Below are positions 1 to 9,020 of a stretch of 64,000 bases of DNA, in pieces. Every line of letters begins with the position of its first letter. Position 1 is the stretch's first letter. This DNA comes from Lentzea waywayandensis. Its GTDB lineage: Bacteria; Actinomycetota; Actinomycetes; Mycobacteriales; Pseudonocardiaceae. The translations under genes and the position numbers were made by a program. The stretch covers positions 1-64,000 of the forward strand of contig NZ_FOYL01000019.1 of assembly GCF_900115955.1 (NCBI RefSeq). Direction: 5' to 3'. The notes under the pieces were generated by a model. It was not told where the DNA came from. It worked only from the letters and a program-made list of their open reading frames with translations, and searched no databases.

Positions 1-42
1 TGGGGCTGCCCCGTTTTGACGGACAGGGTCGATGAGGTGTGG

Positions 43-933
43 TCACGCTACCTGATCGGCAGGCTGGTATCGGGTGGCTTCGTAGGTGGCGGGGCTGAGG
101 TAGCCGAGGCTGGAATGCCGTCGGCGGGTGTTGTACCAACCTTCGATGTATTCGAAGATTGCCTTGTGTGCCTTGGCTTTCGTGGGCCAGGGCTGCCGGT
201 CGAGCAGCTCGGTCTTGATGGTGGCGAAGAACGATTCGGCGACCGCGTTGTCCCAGCATTGGCCCTTGCGGCCGACGGATAGCCGCACTCCGGCGTCGGT
301 GGCCGCGCGGGCGTACTGACTGGAGGTGTATTGACAGCCCCTGTCGGAGTGGAAGATCACTCCTGGCTCGGGTCGGCGCTGGGTGACGGCGTTGTGCAGG
401 GCCTGCTCGACCAGGTCGGTGCGCAGGTGATCGGCGGTGGCCCAGCCGACGACGCGCCGGGAGCCGAGGTCGATCACGGTCGCGAGGTAGAGCCAGCCTT
501 CCCAGGTGTTGATGTAGGTGATGTCGCCGCACCACCTGCTGTTGATTTCTCTTGCGCTGCAAGAGAAATCCCGCTTGATCAGGTCGGCCGGGGTGGTCGC
601 GGCCGGGTCGGGGATCGTGGTGGTGCGCCAGCGTTTCGGCGCCCGCCCGGCTCGGCCGGCTTCGCGCAGGAGCCGGGCGACGCGCTTGCGGGAGTGCCGA
701 TGCCCCTGGTCGGCGAGCTCGGCGTGGATCCGCGGCGTCCCGTAGGTGCCGTTCGACTCGTCGTGCACCGCGATGATCTTCTCGGTCAGCGCGGCGTCGA
801 CGCGGTCACGGGCGGACGGGCCGTTGGCACGGCGGGTGTAGTAGGCGGCACGGGAGACCTTGAGCAACTCGCAGGCACGCTTGACGTTGCCGCTGCCGGC
901 GTTCTCCGCCTCGATGAACGGATACACGTTCAC
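43..933 (-). CDS. IS3-family transposase OrfB (DDE integrase core, rve domain)
   Basis: Protein contains the YINTWEGWLYLATVIDLGSRRVVGW...HSDRGCQYTS...CWDNAVAESFF motif set of IS3 OrfB/rve integrase core. Confidence 0.85.
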   Translation of the reverse strand: MNVYPFIEAENAGSGNVKRACELLKVSRAAYYTRRANGPSARDRVDAALTEKIIAVHDESNGTYGTPRIHAELADQGHRHSRKRVARLLREAGRAGRAPKRWRTTTIPDPAATTPADLIKRDFSCSAREINSRWCGDITYINTWEGWLYLATVIDLGSRRVVGWATADHLRTDLVEQALHNAVTQRRPEPGVIFHSDRGCQYTSSQYARAATDAGVRLSVGRKGQCWDNAVAESFFATIKTELLDRQPWPTKAKAHKAIFEYIEGWYNTRRRHSSLGYLSPATYEATRYQPADQVA

Positions 934-1247
934 CGGGTCTCCTTCGCGAAGAAAGCCGTGGCCCGCTTGAGGATCTCCACGTCCTCACGCAGCCGCCGGT
1001 TCTCCCGCCGCAACGCGGCCAGCTCGGCCTTCTCATCGCTGCTCAGCCCGCCGTCCTCGCGGGTCCCGGCGTCACGTTCGGCCTGGCGGACCCACTCGCG
1101 CACGGCGGTCTCGGTCAGGTCGAAGTCCTTCGCGACCTGGGCGATCGAGCGGTCACCACGCTGGCACTGCTCGACGATCTCCGCCTTGAACTCCGGGGTG
1201 AACGCACGACGAGGACGCCGGGGCTTGTTCGAGCCCGTGGTCTTCAT
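930..1247 (-). CDS. IS3-family transposase OrfA (HTH)
   Basis: 105-aa protein with HTH and leucine-zipper-like region (FTPEFKAEIVEQCQRGDRSIAQVAKDFDLTETAVREWV...LRRENRRLREDVEILKRATAFFAKE). Overlaps orfB by 4 bp as in programmed -1 frameshift arrangement. Confidence 0.85.
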   Translation of the reverse strand: MKTTGSNKPRRPRRAFTPEFKAEIVEQCQRGDRSIAQVAKDFDLTETAVREWVRQAERDAGTREDGGLSSDEKAELAALRRENRRLREDVEILKRATAFFAKETR

Positions 1248-1311
1248 AAGGACATCCTTCCAGGGGCAGAACCCCTGATCTCAGATGTCCGTCAAAACGG
1301 GTCAGGCCCAG

Positions 1312-1551
1312 GGCAATGCACTTGCGCGACTCGGAGCGCCCGAGGCGATCGATGTTCTCTCCGACGTCCTACGACGGCTTGACTCCAGTTTCGCGCGTGC
1401 AGAGACCACGCTTCGAGTTGACCTCGCTCAAGTGCTTCAGGCCGCGGGGCGAAATGACGAAGCAGCCGCGCACGCAGAACGCGCGCGGCTGCTGGCAGCG
1501 CAGATAGGTTCTGTCCGTCAACGCAGGCGTCTTGACCACCTGATCACCTAA
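1312..1551 (+). pseudogene. C-terminal fragment of a TPR/SARP-like regulator gene interrupted by the IS3 element
   Basis: ORF begins inside the IS terminal repeat and encodes only ~80 aa resembling a C-terminal helical repeat region (LAQVLQAAGRNDEAAAHAERARLLAAQIG). No start codon outside the IS. Confidence 0.4.
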
Positions 1552-2147
1552 ATCATGTTAAGCAGATCTTGAATGGCCTTCTTGGTGGAGTCAATATTAT
1601 CGGCTAGTTGCCGAAGGTCATGCGCGGCCCCGTTCAGATTGCGTGGAATCGGAGCGGCGCTTACTGGCGCCTCTGCGCCACACACGATGACTGCGATGCG
1701 ACTCAGGGTCTCAAGGGTTTCTTCGGTCTTCGATACTTGGTGCGCGGCAACCGTGGTCAGGTGCGTCATTGCACGCAGATAATGCTTTGCTCCGGCGATC
1801 CCTCCTGATGGAGTACCAGGTCCAAATGGAGGAATATTGGCCTCGATCCTCTTCCATTCAGTAACCCAGCGATCCTCTTCTTCCGTTGAAACGCCACATG
1901 CTCGCGCGAAGAATCGCACCTGGTTGGCGCTGGGCTTACCATCACCCTTGCCAAAGTTCTTGTATATCGTAGACCTGCGTAGTTGGAAGTTGGACCTGTT
2001 AGCGATGCTCTGGACTGAGACACCTTTTTCGCTTCGCAAGAGAAGCGTGGCTCTCTTGAAATCCGAGGAATCCCAGGACAGCTCTGCGTCGAGCAGGGCT
2101 TCGGACATCTGTCGTCGACCGTCGTCTTCTTCGCTCAGTCCGATCAT
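1548..2147 (-). CDS. XRE-like HTH domain protein with uncharacterised C-terminal domain (low-GC island cargo)
   Basis: Region 1550-2660 is visibly AT-richer than flanks. Protein has an HTH-like segment (VSVQSIANRSNFQLRRSTIYKNF...ANQVRFFARACGVS). Stop/start overlap ATGA with upstream ORF 2144-2593. Confidence 0.45.
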   Translation of the reverse strand: MIGLSEEDDGRRQMSEALLDAELSWDSSDFKRATLLLRSEKGVSVQSIANRSNFQLRRSTIYKNFGKGDGKPSANQVRFFARACGVSTEEEDRWVTEWKRIEANIPPFGPGTPSGGIAGAKHYLRAMTHLTTVAAHQVSKTEETLETLSRIAVIVCGAEAPVSAAPIPRNLNGAAHDLRQLADNIDSTKKAIQDLLNMI

Positions 2148-2593
2148 TTTGACGCCCGTCCATGTGGGAATAACTGAACGCCAACCTGGATCGCCGTTGT
2201 GGACACCAGGAACGCTGCCGTTCCGACCAGTTCAATCGAGTATCCCTCGCGCAGGAGATACCCTATGAAAAGTAGCGAGCAGACCAACGTTCCGAACCTG
2301 GCGACATATGCGGCGCGTTCGGGAGCGATAGACACATCGGGGCGACGGCTTGGTGATGTCACGAATAACCCCCTTTGAGGGTGGCAGGTAGGTGGCGCAA
2401 CCTCGTCTCGTGTCCGTCGAGGAATCGATACCAGTCTGCATGTCGTGTGCATCAAGTCCAGGCGTTGAGGCGTCCAGACTTCGTCCATGCTCAAAGCAAG
2501 ATCGACCGCACGGTCTCCGGAGACGATCTTCTGTACCCACTCAAGATCGAAATGCTTGCCGGATCGGCCGTTGGGTGCACTACGTCCAATCAC
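2144..2593 (-). CDS. small hypothetical protein with two C-terminal transmembrane helices (island cargo, translationally coupled to HTH protein)
   Basis: Hydrophobic C-terminus (FGTLVCSLLFIGYLL...LVGTAAFLVSTTAIQVGVQLF). 4-bp overlap with downstream HTH gene. Start codon uncertain; low-GC region. Confidence 0.35.
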   Translation of the reverse strand: MIGRSAPNGRSGKHFDLEWVQKIVSGDRAVDLALSMDEVWTPQRLDLMHTTCRLVSIPRRTRDEVAPPTCHPQRGLFVTSPSRRPDVSIAPERAAYVARFGTLVCSLLFIGYLLREGYSIELVGTAAFLVSTTAIQVGVQLFPHGRASK

Positions 2594-2661
2594 AGTTCAG
2601 GCGATGTTTCCACGCGTGTAGACACGTGGTGGACACAAGAGCTTGGGCGCAGCCGGACTTA

Positions 2662-3972
2662 TCAGTCTGACCCGCGTTCCCTCGGAGGGCGGCTTGGCAT
2701 GCGCGAGGCCAACAGGTCCGCGGCCTGCTTATCTGCGCTTGGAACCCATGCCGCGTAGACGCGCAGGGTTGTTGCACCGCCGCCACCGTGGCCGAGGCGA
2801 CCGGCGACGGTTCGGAGGTCCACGCCGGCCGTGAGCAACTCTGTTGCGCTGTAATGCCGCAGTTCGTGCAGATGGGTCTTAAGGCCCAGGCTTGCAGCCA
2901 TGCGCGAATACCGATGTGTGACGCCGTCAGGGTCGGCGTGCCGGTCGTGCCCGGCAGCGTAGGAGAAAAGGAAGGTCTCGCTCGTGACGGGGACGTCCGC
3001 TGCTTCGCAGCGAGCGTGCACACGCTCAATCCATGCGGCAAGTAGGTCGGTTGTGGTCGGATCAACACTGATCCGCCGAATCTGGTGTGACTTGGTTTCC
3101 TTCTCGATCAGTTTTCCGTCGCGAATCACGATGTTGGTGCGTGCTTCGACAACGGCGCGGCAGCCTTCAGTCTCGCAACTGTGAGGATCGGTCTCGGCAT
3201 GGTCGAAGACGATCCGTGGCAAGCGGAGTGCAAGCAGTTCGCCACGACGCAGGCCGGTGACCATCGTCAGCCAAACCAGAGTTCCCCACTGTTCGTCTTC
3301 TTCCCACGCCTTGTTGACGAGGAGTGCAGCCTGCTCCGGAGTCGGAGGATCGGGATTCGGTCGAGGTGCCCTTGGCTTCTTTGCGGCGTCCACAGGGTTG
3401 AAGGCGATCCAGTTCCAGCGGACAGCCGCGTTCAGCGCGCCGGACATCACAGCGTGAATCTGACGGATAGATGAAGGGCCGAGCGGCTTGCAGGCGTGTG
3501 GCTTACACCGGTCATCGCACTTGTGGTCCCTCTCGGTGCGGTGATCGATCAGCTTTACTCGTGGCTTGCAGCGACGGCGGCACCGCTTCACATCGGTGGC
3601 GAAGTCCTCGAAGGCTTTCGGTCCGAGCTGGAGAAGGCGAGTTAGGGTGACTTCGCCGAATGCCGGGCGCAGATACCTGCGGACGTACATCTTGTACCCG
3701 CTGAGGGTTGTCTCTTCGATGTCATGGCCGGATAGCCATTCGTCCAGGACTTCACCGAATTTGGCATTGCTGCGGCTGGTCTTCTTCGTGGCGATCTGCG
3801 CGCGGAACGAGTCGCGCAACTTGATCGCCTCGTCCTCGGTGGGAGCCTGTCCGGACAGGACGATGTCCTTGCCCGTGACCTTGTCCTGCCCGAGGCCGTA
3901 CACGCGCACCTGGTAGGTGTTGCCGCGCTTGCGGATGCCGGTGAGGTCCTTGACCAGCTTCTTCCTGCCCAT
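2662..3972 (-). CDS. int: tyrosine-type site-specific integrase (phage integrase family)
   Basis: C-terminal catalytic motifs LHELRHYSATELLTAGVDLRTVAGRLGH...TLRVYAAW (R-H-R-Y). N-terminal arm-binding-like segment MGRKKLVKDLTGIRKRGNTYQVRVYG. I place the start at the internal ATG (complement at 3970-3972); the long ORF 2662-4101 extends further 5'. Confidence 0.85.
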   Translation of the reverse strand: MGRKKLVKDLTGIRKRGNTYQVRVYGLGQDKVTGKDIVLSGQAPTEDEAIKLRDSFRAQIATKKTSRSNAKFGEVLDEWLSGHDIEETTLSGYKMYVRRYLRPAFGEVTLTRLLQLGPKAFEDFATDVKRCRRRCKPRVKLIDHRTERDHKCDDRCKPHACKPLGPSSIRQIHAVMSGALNAAVRWNWIAFNPVDAAKKPRAPRPNPDPPTPEQAALLVNKAWEEDEQWGTLVWLTMVTGLRRGELLALRLPRIVFDHAETDPHSCETEGCRAVVEARTNIVIRDGKLIEKETKSHQIRRISVDPTTTDLLAAWIERVHARCEAADVPVTSETFLFSYAAGHDRHADPDGVTHRYSRMAASLGLKTHLHELRHYSATELLTAGVDLRTVAGRLGHGGGGATTLRVYAAWVPSADKQAADLLASRMPSRPPRERGSD

Positions 3973-4002
3973 GAACAAGCACGGTACGCCGGATTTACAG
4001 GA

Positions 4003-4024
4003 CAAACGGCAGGACAAGATCCAT
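4003..4024. repeat. direct repeat copy 1 (ACAAACGGCAGGACAAGATCCA), partner at 4238-4259
   Basis: About 20-bp near-identical direct repeat flanking the tRNA-like fragment and lying in the integrase 5' region. Candidate att core or arm-type site. Confidence 0.4.
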
Positions 4025-4117
4025 TCGAACACTAGAACGAGTGAGTCCGGAAAGGGGTGTCTGTGCAGGTGGGAGCAATTTTGATCTATCTGACTATCCA
4101 CTTTGGAGTGGCAAAAG

Positions 4118-4165
4118 CCTGTGGATTAGAAGTCTCCTGCTCTGCCAATTGAGCTAGCAGCCCTC
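4118..4165 (-). other. tRNA-like fragment: 5' half of a tRNA (acceptor + D arm + anticodon loop CTTCTAA, Arg-TCT-like), not a complete tRNA
   Basis: Minus-strand reading GGGCTGC-TA-GCTCAATTGGCAGAGC-A-GGAGA-CTTCTAA-TCCAC... gives a perfect D-arm and acceptor 5' strand, but the anticodon stem does not pair and there is no T-arm or acceptor 3' strand. Lies just upstream of the integrase. Confidence 0.4.
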
Positions 4166-4237
4166 GCCGGGACAGCCTACCGATCTCCACCTCCGCATGT
4201 CCTCCGGGTTGCCAACCTCACGGTTGACGCACCACCA

Positions 4238-4259
4238 CAACGGCAGGACAAGACCCAAG
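4238..4259. repeat. direct repeat copy 2 (ACAACGGCAGGACAAGACCCA)
   Basis: Matches 4003-4024 with 1-2 mismatches. Confidence 0.4.
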
Positions 4260-4317
4260 AACCCAGGCCAAAGAGGATCAGGCAAGAAAGCAGCCAGAAG
4301 GGGAATCATTCGCAGGC

Positions 4318-5048
4318 AGCTAGGCGAGCCTCTAAGGCGCCTGAACACCGACCACCTCGACCTCTACTGGATGCACAACTGGGATCGGAACACCCCGATC
4401 GAGGAGACCATGCGGACCCTCGACGATCTGGTGGGATCGGGCAAGGTGGGGTACATCGGGTTCTCCAACGTGCCTGGGGTGACGGCTCAGGCGCAGACCA
4501 TGGCCCTGCTCAACGGGTGGACGCCGTTGATCGCGTTGCAGGTCGAGTGCTCGTTGCTGGCGTGGACGGTAGAGGGCGAGATTGCGCCCATGGCCCGGAC
4601 CTGGACATGGCGCTGGTGCCGTGGAGTCCGCTCAAGAACGGGTTCCTGTCGGGCAAGCACCAAAGGAACGTGCAAGTCAGTGACTCCGAGCGGGCCAAGT
4701 TCGTGGGTGGGCCCAGCGAGGAGGAGTTCAAGGTCATCGACGTCGTCGCCGAGATCGCGGAGGAGACCAACGCAACTGCGGCGGCGATGTCGCTGGCCTG
4801 GCTGCCGGGCACAGGCTGGAACGGTTGTGCCGATCATCGGGGCGCCGAAGCTGGAGAGCAACCTCGATGAGGTCGCGTTGACGCGGGAACACATCGCCAG
4901 GCTCAGCCACGTGTCGCGGCCCGAGCTCGACTACCCCGCCGGGCTCCACGGGGAGTTGCGGGCGATGGTGCAGTTCGCCGGTACGACGGTTGATGGCGAG
5001 GCGTCGAGAATCTATCCGCCGCTGCTGCAGAGCGACGTCCGCTACTGA
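4318..5048 (+). pseudogene. aldo/keto reductase pseudogene: 5'-truncated and carrying two frameshifts
   Basis: AKR C-terminal two-thirds is recognisable (RRLNTDHLDLYWMHNWDRNTPIEETMRTLDDLVGSGKVGYIGFSNVPG...) but is split across frames 3, 2 and 3 (ORFs 4197-5048 and 4517-4870). The N-terminal ~100 aa of a normal AKR is absent upstream. Confidence 0.7.
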
Positions 5049-5147
5049 GGTAGAGCCTGCTCCACCCCGAGAACGGAAGCGTGCGTGACTGCGGCAGCGG
5101 GCACGTGATTGGGAATCTGTCCTCACCACGGCAAGGGGAGGAACAGG

Positions 5148-6266
5148 ATGAAGAAGACGCTGGTAGGAGTGCTGGCAGCGGCCATGTTGTTCAGCGGAAC
5201 GGCGATGGCCGCGCCGGCGAGCGACGTGCAGAAGCAGCTTGACGGGCTCACGAAGCAGCACGAGTTTCCGGCGGCGCTGGCGACGATCACCGAGGGCAAC
5301 GGCAGGACCAGCGCTTACACCTCGGGGACGTCCGAGCTGAACAAGCGCACGCCCGTCCCCAGGAACGGGCAGGTGCGGGCGGGCTCCAACACCAAGGCGT
5401 TCGTTGCCACGGTGGTCATGCAGCTCGTCGGTGAGGGCAAGGTCGAGCTCGACAAGCCGATCAACCACTACCTTCCCCAGGCAGTCAAGGACGACCGGAT
5501 CACGGTCCGGCAGTTGCTCAACCACACCAGCGGGCTCGCGAACTACACGAACTACATGGGGCTGGACAAGTTCGAGGAGGTGCGGCACCGCTACCTGGAG
5601 CCGCGCGAGCTGCTCGACATCGGGAACGCGCACCCCGTCACCAACGAGCCTGGCGCGAAGTTCAAGTACAGCAACACGAACTACGTGCTGCTCGGTCTGT
5701 TGATCCAGAAGATCACCGGTCGGCCGGTCGCGGAGAACGTCGACCAGCGCATCGTGCGGAAGCTGAACCTCACCGACACCTACTGGCCCGGCGTGGGCGA
5801 GCAGGGCATCCGCGGTAAGCACCCGCACGGGTATGCCTTGACCGGCAACGGGATTGAGGACGTCACGGAGATCGACCCGAGCTGGGGCTGGGCGGCCGGG
5901 CAGATCATCTCCACCACCAAGGACCTCAACGCCTTCTACCGCGGCCTGCTCAAGGGTAATCTGCTCAAGAAGGCCCAGCTGGACGAGATGAAGAAGACCG
6001 TCGACACCGCCGGTGAGATGTGGCCTGGCGTCGAGTACGGGCTGGGCATCGCCACTGCGCCGCTGTCCTGTGGTGGGCGGTCGTGGGGTCACGGTGGCGA
6101 CATCCACGGTTACGAGACGCGGGGCGGGGTCACCGACAGCGGCAGGGCGTTCTCCGTTGCTGTCACGGCGTTGCCGGGCACTTTCCAGGACACGCCCGAG
6201 GAAGCCGGGAAGGCGCACGAAGCGGTTCTGGCCACTGTGGACGCTGCTCTGTGTGGTGCCAAGTGA
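5148..6266 (+). CDS. secreted beta-lactamase-fold serine hydrolase (class C beta-lactamase / D-Ala-D-Ala carboxypeptidase family)
   Basis: Signal peptide MKKTLVGVLAAAMLFSGTAMAAPA. SxxK motif GSNTKAF, YSNTNY motif. GGGAGG RBS 8 nt upstream of ATG 5148. Confidence 0.8.
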   Translation: MKKTLVGVLAAAMLFSGTAMAAPASDVQKQLDGLTKQHEFPAALATITEGNGRTSAYTSGTSELNKRTPVPRNGQVRAGSNTKAFVATVVMQLVGEGKVELDKPINHYLPQAVKDDRITVRQLLNHTSGLANYTNYMGLDKFEEVRHRYLEPRELLDIGNAHPVTNEPGAKFKYSNTNYVLLGLLIQKITGRPVAENVDQRIVRKLNLTDTYWPGVGEQGIRGKHPHGYALTGNGIEDVTEIDPSWGWAAGQIISTTKDLNAFYRGLLKGNLLKKAQLDEMKKTVDTAGEMWPGVEYGLGIATAPLSCGGRSWGHGGDIHGYETRGGVTDSGRAFSVAVTALPGTFQDTPEEAGKAHEAVLATVDAALCGAK

Positions 6267-7285
6267 TCGCGGTCGCGGCGCTCACGGCGCTGACTCTCCT
6301 TGTCCCCCAGCAACTCGACCAGATCGTCAAGGAAGGCACGCCCGGTGTCGAGGCGCACGTGAACGGGCGCGACCTCGCGAGGGGCAACGCTCCGGTCAAC
6401 GGGCAGGTGCGCATCGGGAGCATCACCAAGTCGTTCGTGGCGGTCGCGACGCTCCAGCTGGTCGCCGACAACAAGGTCGAGCTGGACGGGCCCGCGAACA
6501 AGTACGTGCCGCACATCAAGGACGGCCGCATCACCGTGCGCCAGGTCCTTCAGCACACCAGCGGGCTGCCGGACTACGTGCTCGACGTCGGGGTCCCGAA
6601 GATCGCCGACATCCGGGACCGGTACTTCGCGCCGCACGACCTGCTGGACGTCGCGCTGGCCAAGCCGCCGAGTTTCCAGCCGGGCGAGAAGTACGAGTAC
6701 AGCAACACGAACTACGTCGTCGCCGGGCTGCTCATCCAGAAGGTCACCGGACGCCCGGTCGGCGAGGCGATCCAGAGCGTCATCACGAAGGCGGGCCTCA
6801 AGGACACGTACTGGCCGAGCCAGGGCGAGCAACGCATCCGCGGCCGCCACGCCCAGGCCTACTCGCTGAGCGACCTGTTCGACCCCAAGTCAGAGGTGGT
6901 CGACGCGACGGAGATCGAGACGTCCGCCGCGTGGGCGTCCGGCGCGATGGTCTCCACGCCCGCCGACGTCGCCAAGTTCTTCAGGACGCTCCTGCAGGGC
7001 GGTCTGCTCAAGAAGGCGCAACTCGACGAGATGCGCAAGGCCGTCACCGTCGACGAGAAGAGCGCCTACGGCCTCGGGCTGGAGAGCACCAAGCTCAGTT
7101 GCGGCGGGGTCTGGTGGGGCCACGGCGGGTCGATCCACGGCTGGGCGTCACTGGGCGGTGCGACCGACGGCGGCAAGAGCGCGGCGGTCACGCTCACCGC
7201 GCTGCCCGGCACGTTCGGCGACGACCCGATGAAGAAGTTCCAGCAGGTGTTCGACGTGATCGACACCGCGCTCTGCAAGAAGTGA
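6263..7285 (+). CDS. beta-lactamase-fold serine hydrolase paralog (tandem duplicate, translationally coupled GTGA overlap, no obvious signal peptide)
   Basis: Roughly 45-50% identical in places to the upstream gene (GSITKSF, YSNTNYVVAGLLIQKVTGRPV, LSCGG..WGHGGSIHG). Candidate GTG start overlaps upstream stop. N-terminus short and weakly hydrophobic. Confidence 0.7.
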   Translation: MIAVAALTALTLLVPQQLDQIVKEGTPGVEAHVNGRDLARGNAPVNGQVRIGSITKSFVAVATLQLVADNKVELDGPANKYVPHIKDGRITVRQVLQHTSGLPDYVLDVGVPKIADIRDRYFAPHDLLDVALAKPPSFQPGEKYEYSNTNYVVAGLLIQKVTGRPVGEAIQSVITKAGLKDTYWPSQGEQRIRGRHAQAYSLSDLFDPKSEVVDATEIETSAAWASGAMVSTPADVAKFFRTLLQGGLLKKAQLDEMRKAVTVDEKSAYGLGLESTKLSCGGVWWGHGGSIHGWASLGGATDGGKSAAVTLTALPGTFGDDPMKKFQQVFDVIDTALCKK

Positions 7286-7287
7286 CG

Positions 7288-8187
7288 TCAGCGGGCGTAC
7301 CGGAGGACCCAGAGCATGTCCTGCTCGGTCACCGGTTCGTCCGTTACGCACGCCAGCAGCCAGTCCGTCAGCGCCTCCGGATCGATGCCCGCCCCGATCA
7401 GCACCAGCTGCGTCGGGGCGTCGTCGGCCGGTGTGAACGAGACGTACGCGCCCACGGTCTGCAGCATGAACGTGCCGAGAGGGAACCGCACGAAACCCTT
7501 GGCGCGGAACAGCCCCTCCGGCCGTGCGCCCAGGAAGTCCATGAACAGCTTGGGGTGCAACGGATCGGTGGACTCGAAGGACACGCTGTCAAACGAAGCG
7601 TGCGCGTGCGTGGAATGGTCGTCCAGGTCGTCGAACGACAGCTGCCGCGGCCCCAGGTCCGGCGGCCGCACCTCGAACAGCAACGCCGGATCGATCTGCC
7701 CGTAGGAGACCGGCAGCACCGGCGCCGAACAAGGCAGCGAAGGCAACGACGAGACCCGGTCGACCTTGTTCAGCACCACCAGATCGGCCATCGCGAGATC
7801 GCGCGAAAGATGAGGCACGGCATCGAGCTCCACCGCGTCGGCCACGTAGATCAACCCGCCGTAGGACACCCCGGGCGCCTGCAACACCATCCGGACCATG
7901 GCCGCCGGCTCGGCGAGCCCGGACGCCTCGATCACGATGACGTCCAGGTCCGCCGCGGCCAGCCGGGTCAGCATCCCGTCCAGTTCGGTGCCGTCGACCG
8001 CGCAGCACAGGCACCCGTTCGACAGCGACACCATCGAGTCGACCTGGGCCGAGACGGAGAACGCGTCGATGTTGATCCGCCCGAAGTCGTTCACCACGAC
8101 GCCGATCCGCGTGCCGCCGGACGTGCGCAGCAGGTGGTTGAGCAGGGTGGTCTTGCCGGAACCGAGGAAGCCGGCGAGCACGACGAC
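7288..8187 (-). CDS. CobW/COG0523-family GTPase (putative metal chaperone)
   Basis: N-terminal IPVVVLAGFLGSGKTTLLNHLL Walker A, GCLCC metal-binding motif, CobW C-terminal domain. GTG start chosen to match the canonical MxIPVTV..GFLGSGKTT N-terminus. The long upstream extension of ORF 7288-8904 is judged spurious. Confidence 0.8.
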   Translation of the reverse strand, partial: VVVLAGFLGSGKTTLLNHLLRTSGGTRIGVVVNDFGRINIDAFSVSAQVDSMVSLSNGCLCCAVDGTELDGMLTRLAAADLDVIVIEASGLAEPAAMVRMVLQAPGVSYGGLIYVADAVELDAVPHLSRDLAMADLVVLNKVDRVSSLPSLPCSAPVLPVSYGQIDPALLFEVRPPDLGPRQLSFDDLDDHSTHAHASFDSVSFESTDPLHPKLFMDFLGARPEGLFRAKGFVRFPLGTFMLQTVGAYVSFTPADDAPTQLVLIGAGIDPEALTDWLLACVTDEPVTEQDMLWVLRYAR

Positions 8188-8207
8188 GGGGATCACGACG
8201 TCCGAGG

Positions 8208-9020
8208 CTAGCCGGTGAACTCCGCGTTCCGACGCAACACCTCGTCCACGGTGCCGTCGAACATCGGCGGGTAGATCACCAGCTCGTCGACGCCCAGGTC
8301 CTCGTACTCCCGGATCACGGCCTGAGACAGTGGCACCGGCGCGGACACGCTGATCCGGAACTCGGAGGGGCGCGAGGGGAACCGGGCCAGGTGGCCGCGG
8401 ATGTCGTCGGGCGTTCCGATGCCGAACCACCCCTGCGCACGGGTCACGGCCCGCCGGAACGCCGAACCGCTGTGCCCGCCCACGACCACGCGCACGTTGG
8501 ACGGCCGGGGATGCGCGTCCACCCCCGAGAACGAGACGAACTTGCCCGCGAACGACGGCGAGGGCGCGTGCCAGAGCTGGTCCATCGCGTCCAGGTACTC
8601 GTCGGTCCGTGCGCCGCGATCGTCGAACGACACCCCGACCGCGGTCATCTCCGGTTCGAGGTAGCCCGCTCCGACGCCGAGCGTGAACCGGCCGCCGCTG
8701 AGCAGGTCCAGTGACGCCACCTGCTTCGCGAGCACCAGCGGGTTGCGCTGGGGCAGGATCACGATGCCGGTCGCGAGCTCCAGCGTGGACGTGACCGCCG
8801 CCACATAAGCCAGATGGGTCAGCGGATCCACGATCACGGCGTCCGGTTCGGACGGTGACGGGTCGACCCGCGGCGACGGCAGCACCACGTGATCGGACGC
8901 CCACCAGGATCGATAGCCGAGCGATTCGGCCAGTTGGGCGAGCCGCCGCGTCTCGTCCGGTCCCGCGTGGTCGCCGATGTTGAGTCCCTGCACCCCGATG
9001 TCCATGATCGGGCCAACCAT
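8208..9020 (-). CDS. LLM-class F420-dependent oxidoreductase (luciferase-like monooxygenase family)
   Basis: Luciferase-like fold motifs (GIVILPQRNPLVLAKQVASLDLLSGGRFTLGVGAGYLEPE). Immediately upstream of cobW-like gene on the same strand. Confidence 0.75.
   Translation of the reverse strand: MVGPIMDIGVQGLNIGDHAGPDETRRLAQLAESLGYRSWWASDHVVLPSPRVDPSPSEPDAVIVDPLTHLAYVAAVTSTLELATGIVILPQRNPLVLAKQVASLDLLSGGRFTLGVGAGYLEPEMTAVGVSFDDRGARTDEYLDAMDQLWHAPSPSFAGKFVSFSGVDAHPRPSNVRVVVGGHSGSAFRRAVTRAQGWFGIGTPDDIRGHLARFPSRPSEFRISVSAPVPLSQAVIREYEDLGVDELVIYPPMFDGTVDEVLRRNAEFTG

Larger units (their letters stand above)
1..1310 (-). mobile_element. IS3-family insertion sequence (orfA+orfB, terminal TG..CA, ~25-bp imperfect inverted repeats); appears complete, left boundary coincides with window start
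   Basis: Two overlapping minus-strand ORFs typical of IS3 (HTH OrfA 930-1247, DDE/rve OrfB 43-933, 4-bp ATGA overlap). Bases 1-25 (tggggctgccccgttttgacggaca) are the reverse complement of 1286-1310 (tgtccgtcaaaacgggtcaggccca) with about 2-3 mismatches. Confidence 0.8.

Noticed and set aside
4118-4165. A functional tRNA-Arg gene upstream of the integrase
   Set aside because: Only acceptor 5' strand, D-arm and anticodon loop are present. The anticodon stem does not pair and there is no T-arm or 3' acceptor strand. Reported as a tRNA-like fragment only.
7288-8904. 538-aa ORF read as a long CobW
   Set aside because: The CobW N-terminus (IPVVVLAGFLGSGKTT) begins at the GTG at 8187. The upstream 240 codons are Arg/Gly/Pro-rich GC read-through overlapping the LLM gene.
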